Assembly: GCF_000143415.4 (NCBI RefSeq)
Contig: NW_003314263.1
Span: 2,292,734 to 2,356,733, forward strand
Origin: Selaginella moellendorffii
Lineage: Eukaryota > Plantae > Lycopodiophyta
Direction of reading: 5' to 3'
DNA length: 64,000 nt
Shown here: piece by piece, positions 1 to 11,160 of the stretch
How positions within the stretch are numbered: position 1 is the stretch's first letter
How the letters are laid out: each line of letters opens with the position of its first letter
The notes under the pieces: model-generated
Told to the model about the DNA's origin: nothing
Database searches by the model: none
What the model saw: the letters and a program-made list of their open reading frames with translations, nothing else
Position numbers and translations under genes: made by a program

Positions 1-1091
1 GATCGCTCACCACTTCTCTTGCCAGGGCCGTCGCTCCCTCTGGTCACGTCCATACTTTCGATTTTCACGAGCCTCGAGCTTCTCTCGCAAGGTACGTCTT
101 TCTCTCTTTTTCTTCCATTCGAGATGGTTTGTTCTTTGCATTCTTTCGTTCCGGTTTAGTCTATAGTGAGTGACAGTCTTTTGCACGATTCTAGCATTGT
201 CTTTCCTTTCCTGATAGCATCATCTTCCATTTTTTTTCCTTCCGAAACTTTCACAGAGTTGTAGATCCTGCGTCTCCAACTTTGTTCTTTTTTTCTTTTG
301 ATCTATACTTTTGATTTTCACAAGCCTCCAGTTTCTCTCGCAATGTAAGTTTCTTTTCTCTTCTTTTTTTGACATTCTTTTGCGCGATTCTGGCATTGTC
401 TTTCCTTTTCTTTCCTGATAGCATCATATTTCTCTACCATCTTCACAGAGTTGTAGGTTTTATACTTCCTGCGTCTCTAGCTTTGTTCATTTTCTTCTTT
501 TCTTCCTCTCAATACTAAAGGTGGTCACATTTTTGTAGGAAGGACTTTGAGAACAATCGCATCAACAACGTGACCGTTGGTGTTCGAGATATCCAGGGGC
601 AGGGATTTCCGGAAGAGCTTACAGACAAAGCCAACGCAGTTTTCCTCGACTTGCCGCAGCCATGGCTGGCGGTTGAATCGGTGCTAATCTGTCTCCGGCC
701 CAATGCTTCGTGCTGCTCCTTTTCTCCGTGCATCGAACAAGTGCAAAGAACTTGCGAGGCATTCAGGAAGCACAACTTTGTGGGTATAAAGTTTTCGAAG
801 TCCTACGCTTTCTAGACTAACTGTTCCGCTGCAGACATTCGAACGTTCGAGGTCCTGTTGAGATCATACGAGGTTCGTAAGGAGTTCCTCACTGACATCT
901 CGGTTAACAACGGCGAAGTTGAGGATGCATCGTTACCTCCACAAAAGAGAAGGCGCTCGGACTCGTCTGAGAAGCCGAGGCCGGACGGTGGTGATGCTCC
1001 CAACCCAAGCATTGGCGCGGTCATGGCAAGGCCTTATGCTGAAACCAAGGGACACACTGGCTTTCTCACATTTGCTCGCTGCCAAGTCTGA
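1..1091 (+). CDS. TRM61: tRNA (adenine58-N1)-methyltransferase catalytic subunit, 3' exons (1-91, 539-783, 835-1091)
   Basis: Spliced translation GSLTTSLARAVAPSGHVHTFDFHE..RDIQGQGFP..AVFLDLPQPWLA..CSFSPCIEQVQRTC..GHTGFLTFAR; GT-AG boundaries; the 5' end lies outside the window. Confidence 0.93.
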
Positions 1092-1397
1092 GGTAAGCTC
1101 TCTTGGTTTTTCTTGTTCTTTCGTTCTAGACGATCTTTCAAGAGGAGCTATTTTTCCTAATCGACTTTGGTTGTTTTCTTGCAGTGGAAACGAACGCGAG
1201 CGATCCCTCGACTTCTCACACAATTTTCAAAAATCCAAAACAAAAATACACTTTTTCATGTTATTGCTGCCGCTGCGATCTTGTCGTCGTACAAATGATA
1301 CAAGGTTGGATTACAAGGTGATACAAATGATATTACATGAAACAATATTTTGGACCATGCTTGTGAGAAGAGAGATTTATAAATTCTTCATCAAAAT

Positions 1398-1479
1398 GTC
1401 GCTTTGGCCGAGTGGTTAAGGCGTGTGCCTGCTAAGTACATGGGGTTTCCCCGCGAGAGTTCGAATCTCTCAGGCGACG
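1398..1479 (+). tRNA. tRNA-Ser(GCT)
   Basis: GTCGCTT/AGGCGAC acceptor stem, TGGCCGAGTGG A-box, anticodon loop CTGCTAA, long variable arm, GTTCGAATC B-box, T-rich tract downstream. Confidence 0.95.
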
Positions 1480-1563
1480 TCTTTCTATTTTATAGCTTTG
1501 GAGTTATCTTAACTTATCACTTTGCTTTTTCGAGTTCTATCTCATAGACAAAGTTGCAAACGT

Positions 1564-1870
1564 TAAAACAGGGAGCGCTGGTTGTTTATGTTGCCAGAGG
1601 TGGGGTTTTTTGTCACACACACTGAAAATGCTGGTAATAAAAGTTGGTTTCTATGCGATCCTTTCGAGCTAGTCAACTAACGCTGACTAGCACTGGTCAA
1701 ATTTGAGCCAACGGAAACTTATTCGGTGAGAATGTTCAACAACGGTCAACTACACACGCTAAAGTTTTCTAAAAGTTCTACGCCAACTGTTGAGATCATA
1801 CAACGAGTTCCCACTGACATCTCGGCCAAGGATGGTGAAACTGACGCACGAGAGGACTAGTCTGAGAAAT
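1564..1870 (+). pseudogene. Condensed fragments of the dehydrogenase 3' exons followed by the TRM61 last exon
   Basis: 1564-1605 matches 25612-25653; 1664-1690 matches 25954-25980; 1787-1868 matches 856-975 with internal deletions. Confidence 0.75.
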
Positions 1871-2152
1871 CTGGCCAAGAAATTCCCCAGCATTGTTTCA
1901 TGTATGCATTCTCCAGCGTTCCATCCCGCTTACTAACATTTTGGACTTTGTTTTTCGACCCTGAAAGGTTTCATCCGGGAACTTTCATCTCGCAAAACTT
2001 CTAAACGCTTTTTATTTTCAAGACCGAGACAGAGTTGAGACAATCAAAAAAGGATTCGCCAAAACACAAGCATAAAAGAACAAAGAGAAGAAGTAGAAGA
2101 ACAAAGAACTGAAGGAGAAGAAGAAACAAAACAACTCCAAGAAAACCAAGTG

Positions 2153-2310
2153 TCAGTGACCAAGATGAGCAATGAGTTCCACACCTCTCTCCTTGATGGC
2201 CTTGGCAATGCAAGCCAAAACTTCACCTCCCACTCCATCTCCATCACCCTCCTCACTCCTTCCTTGTCCCGTGTGAAGTCCGTCAACCTTTCAAGGATAA
2301 TCACATTGAT
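2153..2310 (-). pseudogene. C-terminal fragment of an ATXR1/SDG35-like SET-domain gene
   Basis: IILERLTDFTRDKEGVRRVMEMEWEVKF, homologous to the longer remnant at 15480-16040. Confidence 0.55.
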
Positions 2311-2508
2311 CTGGAATCAAAGTGGGAAGAATTCCCAGTGATTTTAGATTTCTTTAAAAAGGAGAAATTTTTAAAATACAAATTTATCTTTTGATTTAAC
2401 ATTCTACTATGTGAGAGCTTTAGAGTTGAAGGCTAAACAAAGCAGCAATGCAAGGTTGAAAGCCAGTTCTATATTCATTAACACATACATACTTTTACTA
2501 CTTTAACA

Positions 2509-3399
2509 CTATACATTTGCTTTGGCTGCAAACTTTGTCCAGCCAACATGAATCCCTTCGGCCAAAAGTGCCTCCAACTCCACCGGATGCTGCTGCTGCT
2601 CGCCTCTGTTTTTGCCTACTTGTTGCATCACCTGGAAGCACTTAAGATACATGGCCTTGTCCACAAACTTGGGAGGAGCCCGGGGATTGCAAGCCTCGTC
2701 CCCACCCCGGGGCGCATAGAGATTGTTTGCGCCCCAAGGAACTATGGAGGTAAGCAAGTAGAGCACCAAAAGCCTCCCCACGCGTCCATTCCCATCCCTA
2801 AACGGATGAATGCACTCAAACTTGTAAAAGAAGCTGGCGCCAATGCTCAACAGCTTTGCAACTCTGAGCTTGGGATCTGTCGCAAATGCCTCCTCGAGGG
2901 ATTTGTTGGTAGCTGACAGGAGCTGCTCCAAAGCTGCCGGGATCTTCTTGGGATCCATGTAAACATGCTTGCGTCTCTCTGTTGTCAATGTCCACGCCTC
3001 ACCCCTCCTAAACTCGCCCGCGTCAACCTCGTCCTTGGTGCTCTCCCCGAGCATCTTGTGGATCCGGAGAATCTTCCCGGAATCTAGGCGTGGAACCTTG
3101 TCGGCCTTGGCCTGGGCGTTGACCCAGCACAGGCACCTGTACAGGTTGAGCGTTGACACGAGCTTTGGCTTCCTGTCGCCGCCAAAGCCATCGAGCGCAA
3201 AAGACTTTGACTGGTTGTACTGGTCAATGGCATCGCTGACCTCTTCCAGTGTGTCGAGCCCTTCGCCCTCGATGTTTGCCACTTGGAACACGAATTCTTT
3301 CACCATTGCTGTGCCCTGCTTGAGCGCGCCGCTCTTGTTTTTCTCGGGCAGGGATTCGTACCTCGCAACGCACTTCTCGATGCTCTTGATCGTCGCCAT
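2509..3399 (-). CDS. Fic/Fido-domain protein Fic-A, copy 1 (296 aa, intronless)
   Basis: Full catalytic motif HPFRDGNGRVGR; GEFR..HVY.DP..IP flap region; N-terminal FQVANIEGE resembling the inhibitory helix. Confidence 0.93.
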   Translation of the reverse strand: MATIKSIEKCVARYESLPEKNKSGALKQGTAMVKEFVFQVANIEGEGLDTLEEVSDAIDQYNQSKSFALDGFGGDRKPKLVSTLNLYRCLCWVNAQAKADKVPRLDSGKILRIHKMLGESTKDEVDAGEFRRGEAWTLTTERRKHVYMDPKKIPAALEQLLSATNKSLEEAFATDPKLRVAKLLSIGASFFYKFECIHPFRDGNGRVGRLLVLYLLTSIVPWGANNLYAPRGGDEACNPRAPPKFVDKAMYLKCFQVMQQVGKNRGEQQQHPVELEALLAEGIHVGWTKFAAKANV

Positions 3400-3595
3400 T
3401 ATACCTGAAACCCTAGGCTCGAACCTTTTCTATTCATAGGGGAGCCAACGGTGGGGATTCCAGCTTGAAGGGGGGATGGTTGCGATTAGCCAAGCGCTCC
3501 AACGGTGGGGATTACATCATCATATCGACGGCCAGCGATCAATGCGCGCCAAGTATATATGTTTGGGGAGAAAGTAGGGTTCTTTATCCTCAGGA

Positions 3596-5392
3596 ATGGG
3601 AAAGAAGAAATTAGCGCCAACATCGGCAGATCCGGCTGTGAAGGAGCTATGCAAGAGATTGCTGAAAGCAAGCAAGAAGAAATTGGCAGCTGCTACAGCG
3701 GGCGTGGATATTTCGGCCATGGCAAAGGATCCCAGCGATTTCCTCCTGTTCACCCTGGCGGATCGCCGAGGTCTGTGTCCTCGGTGCATTTTGCGAGGAG
3801 ATTTCCAAGGTTTGGCATCGTCGCTTGCTTTGCGAGACCTTTCTTTTTCCATCAGCGTGCTTTTCTCTTTCGTCCGGAAGCGACATTCTTTTTGTCAGCA
3901 AGGGTTTGCGGGAATTTTTCTTTCCTATGTGTCGGTTTTCTTGGAAGATCACTTTGCTTTCCCTTGTGTGATTGTGTTCTTCGTTTGTTAGCCGTTTGTA
4001 AGCCGCTTTTGACACTTCTTTTCGCCCAGTTTTGCAAGCTTCACGAGAAGGTGGATTGACGATGGCAGTAGCGCGTCCGCTGTCCTTGTAAGCTCGTCCC
4101 GGAAATCTGGAGGCAAATGTAAGTCTCACAATCGAGAGTGTTTGGATGGCATGCTATTTCTTTGCTCGGGCATGCTTTAGTATTTGTCCGTGTTTGTGGA
4201 AGATCACTGTGCTTTTCGTTGTGTGATTTTTGTTTTTTGTTTGTGTTCTTGGCTTCGTTTGCTAGTCGTGAGGCTTTTAACACTTCTTTTTGCCATCCTG
4301 TCCCAGTTTCTTCAACAACCACAAAGTCCACAAGCTTTGCAACCTTGTACAAGTCGGCAGGATCAAACGCACCACCACTGCTACCGACGAGTCTCGCTGT
4401 AAGTAGCGCCTGGTAACATTCTTATGCCTAATGCTTGAAACCAGAAACGAATGGACATCAACTCGGAGACATGTCCAGTGAAGACGAGGATCGTCCCGGA
4501 CATATGGAGGCGAAGGTATGGTTTCAATCGAGAGTGTGAGTTGCTTGGGTGGCATGCTAGTTTTGATCGAGAGTGTGAGTGAGCGTCTTCGGTGGCATTC
4601 TCGTCGTGCACTTTAGCCCAGCTATATCTCTTAAACTTGGTCCTGCGAGCCTCTTCTCACTAGTGCTGTTTGTTTGTTTCTCTACAGGTCTGAGAGAACG
4701 GGATTCTCTGAGTAAACTGCACCGGTGTTTTCTACGATATTCATTCAGGTTTTCTTGCTTTTTCTTGCTTTTGTGTTGGAGGAACGACTAAAAACCAGCG
4801 TTGAGTTGCTGCAGGGCTAATCAGTTTTGGACTATCATTCTTACCGGCAGAGGCGGAGCGGGAGCGGGAGCGAGAGAGGCTAGTAGCAGCAATGGATGTC
4901 GTTGAGGGATGGGAGGTGGACAAGATCATCACCACTGACGACCTCATTGGCGCTACTTTGACTGGTCGAGCGGATGGGCTGCGGCGCAGAGAGGCCAAGA
5001 CGATGACAACAGGCGGGAGGTGGCATCACTACGAGCCTTGGAAGAAGCTGCCTGGAGCGATCGAGCGGTTGCTGCAACAGCTTGGAGAGGCTAGAGAAAG
5101 ATATCGATGCGATCCCGATCCTCTGGGAGAAGCAGCCGTGGCTACGTACCTGTGGAGTGTGGCAGAGTTCTTCTTCAAGTTCGAGAAGGTGCACCCATTT
5201 TCTGATGGCAACGGGAGGATTGGACGTGTCCTACTTGCTTGGCTGCTGCGGGATTTCACTGCTGGTAAGCATTTTGTCTTTCGATCGGCGGGAGGTGGTA
5301 TTCTAACTAGGACTTCATATATAGCTCTGTTCGAGAGTGATGTAGCCAACAAGATGTTCACGGCTATTGTGAACAGCTTGCTGGTGAGTTAG
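3596..5392 (+). CDS. Fic-domain protein Fic-B, copy 1; multi-exon, Fic core in exon 4851-5392; putative exon 2 frameshifted
   Basis: HPFSDGNGRIGR motif; upstream exons inferred from splice signals; exon 2 (4030-4118) is 89 nt versus 90 nt in copy 2. Confidence 0.7.
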
Positions 5393-5504
5393 ATCATATG
5401 TTGGAGAGTTTTACGTAAATAAGATATTTCGTCTCTTTCCTTGAATGTCGCTCGCAGCAGCGGTCTCCACTGTCGTCAAGCAGTACTACTTAGCGAAGGG
5501 CGGA

Positions 5505-6270
5505 GGCGACGCCTGTGAAATCGCCAGTGCGAGTTCTTGTTTCCTGATGGACGAAGGCCAGATCGATCGAGGTACCCAAAGTTTCTAGTTCTGTGGACGC
5601 TTTGTCCTTGATACATGGTACTATGTTTGTGCTTTTGCGAAGAACTTCCAAAGGTTTTCCACGAGTGAAAGTGGACTTGAGTCGCCAAAAGAACCAGTTT
5701 CGAAGGTTTTGTTCTTGACTGGAAGTTTTGATCTGACCAACGATTCTTGACAGTTCCAGACCAAAGTAGGAAGATGCAACTGGCATGAGACTTTTTTGAT
5801 GCTGGCTCTTGTTCGTGACCAGGTGTTTGCGTGCGTGAGTTTGTTTGTGTTTTGAAACTTTTGGATTTGCCTTTCTTCCTACCGGTGATACTTTGTTTGG
5901 AAAGATGGCGACTCAAATTTTTAGAGCTTTCAATTGTTGGCTGGAGCCTGAGAGCTTTGGATTAGTCAAACTGAATGTCCGTGGGCCAAGAAAAATTGTT
6001 CTGTTGTTCCAAGCACTCGAGTCAGCGAAACTAATTCAGTGACATGACATGAATGGTCAACAATGGTCAACTACACGCTGAGGTTTTCTAAAAGTTCTAC
6101 GCTGACTGTTGAGATCATACAATCGTACTTCTCGGCCAGGACAGCGAAACTGAGGTGCCTTGATGCACGAGACCAGACAGTGGTGATATTCCCCATGATT
6201 TCCAAGCATCTGTGCACTGAAATCAAGGGAGACATTGGCTTTCTCACACTTGCTCGCCACCAAGTATGAG
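5505..6270 (+). pseudogene. Deleted remnant of the 2-hydroxyacid dehydrogenase gene followed by a TRM61 last-exon remnant
   Basis: Colinear patches matching 24415-25215, then TEIKGDIGFLTLARHQV matching TRM61 AETKGHTGFLTFARCQV. Confidence 0.8.
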
Positions 6271-6619
6271 ATTCACATTTGTTCCAACAAGATCAACACG
6301 ACCAGTGTTAAATGTACCCCAAGGGTTTTGATCCTTCAAAGAGCTAATCGATGTTTGTATTCCCATACACGTCCGTTATGTGGTCTGGCCAAGTAATTCC
6401 CAGCGTTGTTTCATGTATACATTCTCCCCCGCTTACTACCATTTTGGACTTTCTTTTACGACACTTTCCAAACGCTTTTTATTTTCAAGACGAGACAGAG
6501 TTGAGACAGTCAAAAAAGGATTCGCCAAAACACAAGCAGAAAAGAAGGAGAAGTAGCAGAAGAACAAAGAGATGAACAAGTATGAAGTAGAAGAAGAAAC
6601 AAAACAACTCCAAGAAAAC

Positions 6620-6905
6620 CAGGATGAGCAATGAGTTCCATACCTCTCTTGTTGATGGCCTTGGCAATGCAAGCCTCCTCCTGTTTCCCAAACTTCACCT
6701 CCCACTCCGTCTCCATCACCCTCCTCGCTGCTTCCTTGTCCCGTGCGTAGTCCGTCAACCTTTCAAGGATAATTCACCCTTGCAAATTCCTTTTGTCCAG
6801 CCGCTGCTCCAGCTCGCACTTCTTGCAAGTGCACTCGAAGTCCAACCTCGTGGGTAGGCTGTTGGCGGCCTACTTGCTTGCCTCCATCGTTCCCTGGGGC
6901 GCAAT
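6620..6905 (-). pseudogene. SET-domain (ATXR1-like) gene remnant
   Basis: Post-SET-like LDFECTCKKCELEQRL and MEWEVKFGKQEE-type segments; internal deletion relative to 15480-16040. Confidence 0.55.
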
Positions 6906-6909
6906 CTCT

Positions 6910-6960
6910 GCGCAAGGCTCTTAACCTTGTGGTCGTGGGTTCGAGCCCCACGGCCTGGCG
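6910..6960 (+). pseudogene. 3' two-thirds of tRNA-Lys(CTT)
   Basis: GCGCAAGGCTCTTAACCTTGTGGTCGTGGGTTCGAGCCCCACGG matches plant tRNA-Lys(CTT) anticodon and T arms; 5' acceptor strand and D arm missing. Confidence 0.85.
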
Positions 6961-7142
6961 GTAGGGCGGTGCTAGTGGGCTCCACGTCACCCGGTAGCAA
7001 CTATCCTATCCTATCAACTTTGGTAGGATACCAAGTTCGGAGTTTAAATTTAGGGCTCCCACTATAATCGGAGCCCTAAAAGGTTAAAACCCTAGTACCT
7101 AGGTCTTTGACCAAAGAATATGTTGCGCCGATTCTTTACCCT

Positions 7143-7189
7143 ATCCCATATGCCGGGGCGTGGAGTGAGGGCACAAGAGCAGTATATAA
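7143..7189 (+). promoter_or_regulatory. Plant snRNA promoter: USE at -70 and TATA at -30
   Basis: ATCCCATATGC (consensus RTCCCACATCG) at 7143 and TATATAA at 7183, Pol II snRNA spacing. Confidence 0.8.
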
Positions 7190-7212
7190 GCTAGGGCCTG
7201 GGGAAGTGATCC

Positions 7213-7374
7213 ATACTTACCTGGACGGGGTCTATTGGTGATCATGAAGGCCAATGGCCTAGGTTCGGCCTTCCCATTGCACTTCGGCTTGGCCGGCCTA
7301 CCATCTTCCCAAAGTGGAGGAGTGGACGTCGTAATTTGTGGAAGTTGAGGGCTCGCGTACGCGCGGCCCTCTCC
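7213..7374 (+). ncRNA. U1: U1 spliceosomal snRNA, copy 1
   Basis: 5' ATACTTACCTGG, loop I GATCATGAAG, loop II ATTGCAC, Sm site AATTTGTGG, terminal GC hairpin. Confidence 0.95.
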
Positions 7375-7589
7375 AAATTCTCAAGCTCTAAGATGGACAA
7401 TTCTTTGGTCGCGGCCCTTTTCAATTTCTATTTGTAAAGAGGGCTTTCTCTTTTGATAACTTCTTCTTGACAAGGTAAAGTACTTTCGTGATACGGCTGG
7501 GAGTAAAAATTTCGAAAATACGCCTTATCTTGCGAGCTAAGGGATGAAAGCCACAGAGCAAGATCAGTGCACTGCTGGATTTGCTCGTC

Positions 7590-8730
7590 ACTGCTCTTCA
7601 GGTCCTTTCTCATGGCCCGTCGTCGGCTCTCTCTTCTCTCTCGCTCGGCGCTTACCGTCACCGCTCCCTGGCCGAGATGGCTCGAAAGAATAGCTCTCCG
7701 GCTCGGAGTCCGGCCTCACCTTGTCCCGGAGATGGCGAGGCAAGTCCTCAAGGAGCACGACGCCGAGTTTGCGAGAAGGCCCCACTACTCCTTCGTGCCT
7801 CGCCTCCTCAGCCACAACTTCCAGGACCTCATCTTTGCGCCGCGAGCGATAGCGAGTGAGCGCCGCGGAGCTCTTCACGGCCTCCAAAGTCAGCCACTTG
7901 GAGCTGGGAGCGTTTGGATCGATCGTCGAGTTGATCTCAGCTCCATGCTGCACGAGTACTTCACGAACCGTGTTGTTCGGGAGGAAGTCCTACGGTACCG
8001 ACGAGCCGCTCACTCCCGAGGCCGAGGACTACAAGGAGTCGGATCGTAGCGAAAGAATCCAGATGGCTGTTTGCAGATGATTACATCCCTGCGCTGCGGT
8101 GGCTGGACACGCTCAGGACGCAAAATCGTCTCAAGAATGAGGTCTTACCGGCAAGAGCTCGCTTTCTCAAAGCAGTCATCGAGGAGCACGCGGAAGGCTT
8201 CGATCCAGGAAATCCCCGGGACTCTGTCGACGTGATGCGGACTCTGGGAGGAGAAAACAAGCTCAGCGATTCTGTTCTTTCTCACGTAAGCTTGCGGACA
8301 CGGGTGGGCACGCCGACTGGTCGTCCGTAACTTCCAGGGCGACGATCGAATGGGCCGTCTCGGAGCTGATACTAAACCCCAGAATCCAGGAGAGAGAGCT
8401 CACGAGGAGCTGGACAGAGTCGTGGGAAGAGATCGCTCCCTGGAGGAGCGGGATCTAAAAGACCTGCCTTGCATCACACCACAGTCCTCGTTAACGTCTG
8501 GGCAATCCATCACGACCCAAGCGCCTGGAGCGACCCCGAGCGATTACTGGGCAGCGACAACAGCGTGCTGGGGAATGACTTCGATCTCCTGCCCTTCTCG
8601 TCGGGGCGGCGCCGCTGCGTCGAATCCCCGTGTCACGCTCACCTTCGCCTACCTCTTGCATCGATGGAGCTGGCGATCGCCGCCTGGGAATGGCGCGCAT
8701 TGTCTATCGCTAAAACCCTCTCATTTTGAT
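7590..8730 (+). pseudogene. Cytochrome P450 (CYP71-clan-like) pseudogene, copy 1
   Basis: [51 protein letters not shown], heme motif [10 protein letters not shown]; many frameshifts and deletions. Confidence 0.88.
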
Positions 8731-8916
8731 TTCAAATATTTATAATTATTAAGATATAAAAGTAAATTGCCTATAAAACGGTAATAAATTTAATAAACAT
8801 TTAACCAATTATAATTAAAAGCAAACCCTTAAATTGTAAAAAAGTAAAATTTCCTTTTCTTACTAATATAAATAAATGGCCAAAACCACAAGTGTTTCCA
8901 TAGGTTTGAGTGAGAG

Positions 8917-9279
8917 ATGGCGATGGAGAAAGTCGAGAAGCCTGTGACAACGCTAGAAAAGGTGGAGAAGTTCATGGCCAAAGTATTGACATGGGTGGAT
9001 GCGAAAATCTTTTTAAAAGCCCCTCCCAAGCCGATGCCCAGCATCTGCGATCTTCTCCCCGAGATCAAGCCATGGTGTGCAGTTTGCAAGGACAAGTTCG
9101 AGCTCGATAGCGTGGTGAAACAGATACCATGCGAGCACTGTTATCATCTGGAATGTCTTCGCGAGTGGATGGAAAACAATGACTCGTGCCCGATGTGTAG
9201 CGCAAAGCTCCCCAAGCCCATTACCTTCCGTGCCATATGGAAAGCAGTGGAAGAGGAAACGCGCTGGTTAGGACAGTAG
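8917..9279 (+). CDS. RING-H2 zinc-finger protein (120 aa), copy 1
   Basis: CAVC..PCEHCYHLEC..W....SCPMC C3H2C3 pattern; intact intronless ORF. Confidence 0.88.
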   Translation: MAMEKVEKPVTTLEKVEKFMAKVLTWVDAKIFLKAPPKPMPSICDLLPEIKPWCAVCKDKFELDSVVKQIPCEHCYHLECLREWMENNDSCPMCSAKLPKPITFRAIWKAVEEETRWLGQ

Positions 9280-9333
9280 ATTTACGTGTAACAATCAAAG
9301 AGAAGAAATAGAATCGATCTTTTCTTTCCATGG

Positions 9334-10632
9334 CTATTCGTCTGGAAACATGGCTTTGAAAAAATCTGTGTGGCAGTCATGGCAGAGATAGAACCAGGAG
9401 AAGTGGCCCTCGCCTTGTAACCTGTGGAAGTTTACGTGAGGCAGGACTCGCTGCGCAAACTCGCTCATCGCAATCGGCACGACTACATCGTCAGTTCCCT
9501 GATTACAATCGCCAAGATCAGCAAGCTTTTGGAAAAAACCAAACGAAGAAACACCACCACCTACATGCCATATATGTATTGGTCGCTGGAAGCCGAGGAG
9601 ATCCGACTGTTCTTGAGAGAAAAGGCCGTGAAGCTTGCTCACGATTCCATCGCCGGCGGGAGGTCTCTTTCGCTTGAGATCGCCCAAGTCGAATCCCCAG
9701 TTGTTAACCAGCAAGACTAGCTCTTGAGCCAGCGAGAATGCTCGCTTCTGGTTCATGGATTCCCGGACGTCGTCTTCCCATAATCTCATGAAATCCTGCT
9801 GCTCGAAAAGAGCTCGATCCTGCAAAACTCGATGACCTTGAGTCATTCCACGATCAAAACAATGCAAACCTTTGGTCTTGAGGTGGCATACAAGCTTCTG
9901 CTAAGCCTGTCGATCTTCTCCAGGAGAGTTCTCCGGAGAAAACCTCCAAGTGAAGATGGAAACTTCCTGGCACAGAAATGGAGCAATCTTCTCCGGAATG
10001 ACCAGGCCTTCCAGGCTTTGGCCGCTTCGCTCGAGGTGAGATTTCCTCCGCATGGATTTCCTGCCGGAGCAACCATAGCAACACCTGTGTCCAAGAACAC
10101 AAGCAAGCAACACTCTTGCTAAACTCTCAAGAGAAAAAAGAAAGATGTGATCACCTGCTAATCTCTCTGGAATGTAGTGAATCGCAGCCCAAACGTGAGG
10201 ACCACCTCCATCAAAGCCCAGGATCCAAAACTGGTCGCCAAAACCGAGAGCGTCGGCGATGCTGATCATGTCCGAGGCCGAGGTTTTGTAACTTCTGTTG
10301 TGGTGAGGATCACTCTCTCCAAATCCTGGCAAGTCGTAAGCTACAAGATGAACACCATAGCTATCGGGCAGTGAAGAATTGATTCCGGGAATTCCTACAA
10401 GTTGACGGAGCGACTGTAGAGCCCATGAATGAAAAGCTCACGAACCTGCTAGTCTCGATGAGAGAAATCCATGAACAACGAGCACTGTGCGCTTTGCTTG
10501 ATCGGCAGGGACACCTTCTTCTCGGTATGAGATGTTTCTACCGTCCGGTAATTGGATCCGCCTGGGTGGAATTCGAGCTTTCTGACGATCGTCTGGAGAT
10601 GCCTTGGGCTGAAACGATCGTGTTCTAGGCCC
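9334..10632 (-). pseudogene. Alpha/beta-hydrolase gene, 5'-truncated and frameshifted, copy 1
   Basis: RIQLPDGR..VHGFLSSRLAGIPG..YDLPGFGESDP..GTDDVVVP..GEGHFSWFY with intact introns; frameshift near 10560; no in-frame ATG. Confidence 0.75.
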
Positions 10633-10825
10633 TGCATTGGATCGATTTAAGCCTTTAATCGATTTAAACTTTGTGGATTGACTGGCTTTCAACCTTGCTT
10701 TGTTTCAGCCTTCAACTCTGAAGCTCTCTTTATTAAAAACTACATAATAGAATGCTAAACCAAAGATAAATTTATATTTGTCCTTTTTAAAGTAAAATCT
10801 AAAATCACTGGGAATTCTGATTCCA

Positions 10826-11160
10826 TCAACGTCCACACCTGTTCAAGGAATCGTTAGTCCAAAATATTCCAGTCAAGAACACAACACCAAATTGGAAGAT
10901 CAGTTGCATTCTTCTAGTTTCATCATTCTTGCCACGCACATATCGTATTCCTGGGAAACCTTGGAATTTCTTCGCAAAGAACAGTGTTGACCTGGGCAAA
11001 CAAGAACAAAGTAACGACATGCATTTGGGCAGACAAGAACATAGTAACAACACTTGCAAGAACAAAAACTTCTTCGTCCACCGGAATCCATCAGGAAGGC
11101 TCGCACGGGCGATTTCGCATGCCCCTCGCGTGGCACCTCAATCAGCTGCTGCAATCTACA
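10826..11160 (-). pseudogene. Inverted, condensed fragment of the dehydrogenase 5' exons
   Basis: Reverse complement of 24363-24806 with deletions (SKVSQEYDMCVARMMK, RMQLIFQFGV). Confidence 0.82.

Noticed and set aside
53-500. Duplicated exon end inside the TRM61 intron (306-350) as an alternative exon
   Set aside because: Degenerate local duplication with indels; no evidence that it is used
6910-6960. Functional tRNA-Lys or a tRNA-derived SINE
   Set aside because: No 5' half or A-box, and no tail or TSD; further truncated in copy 2
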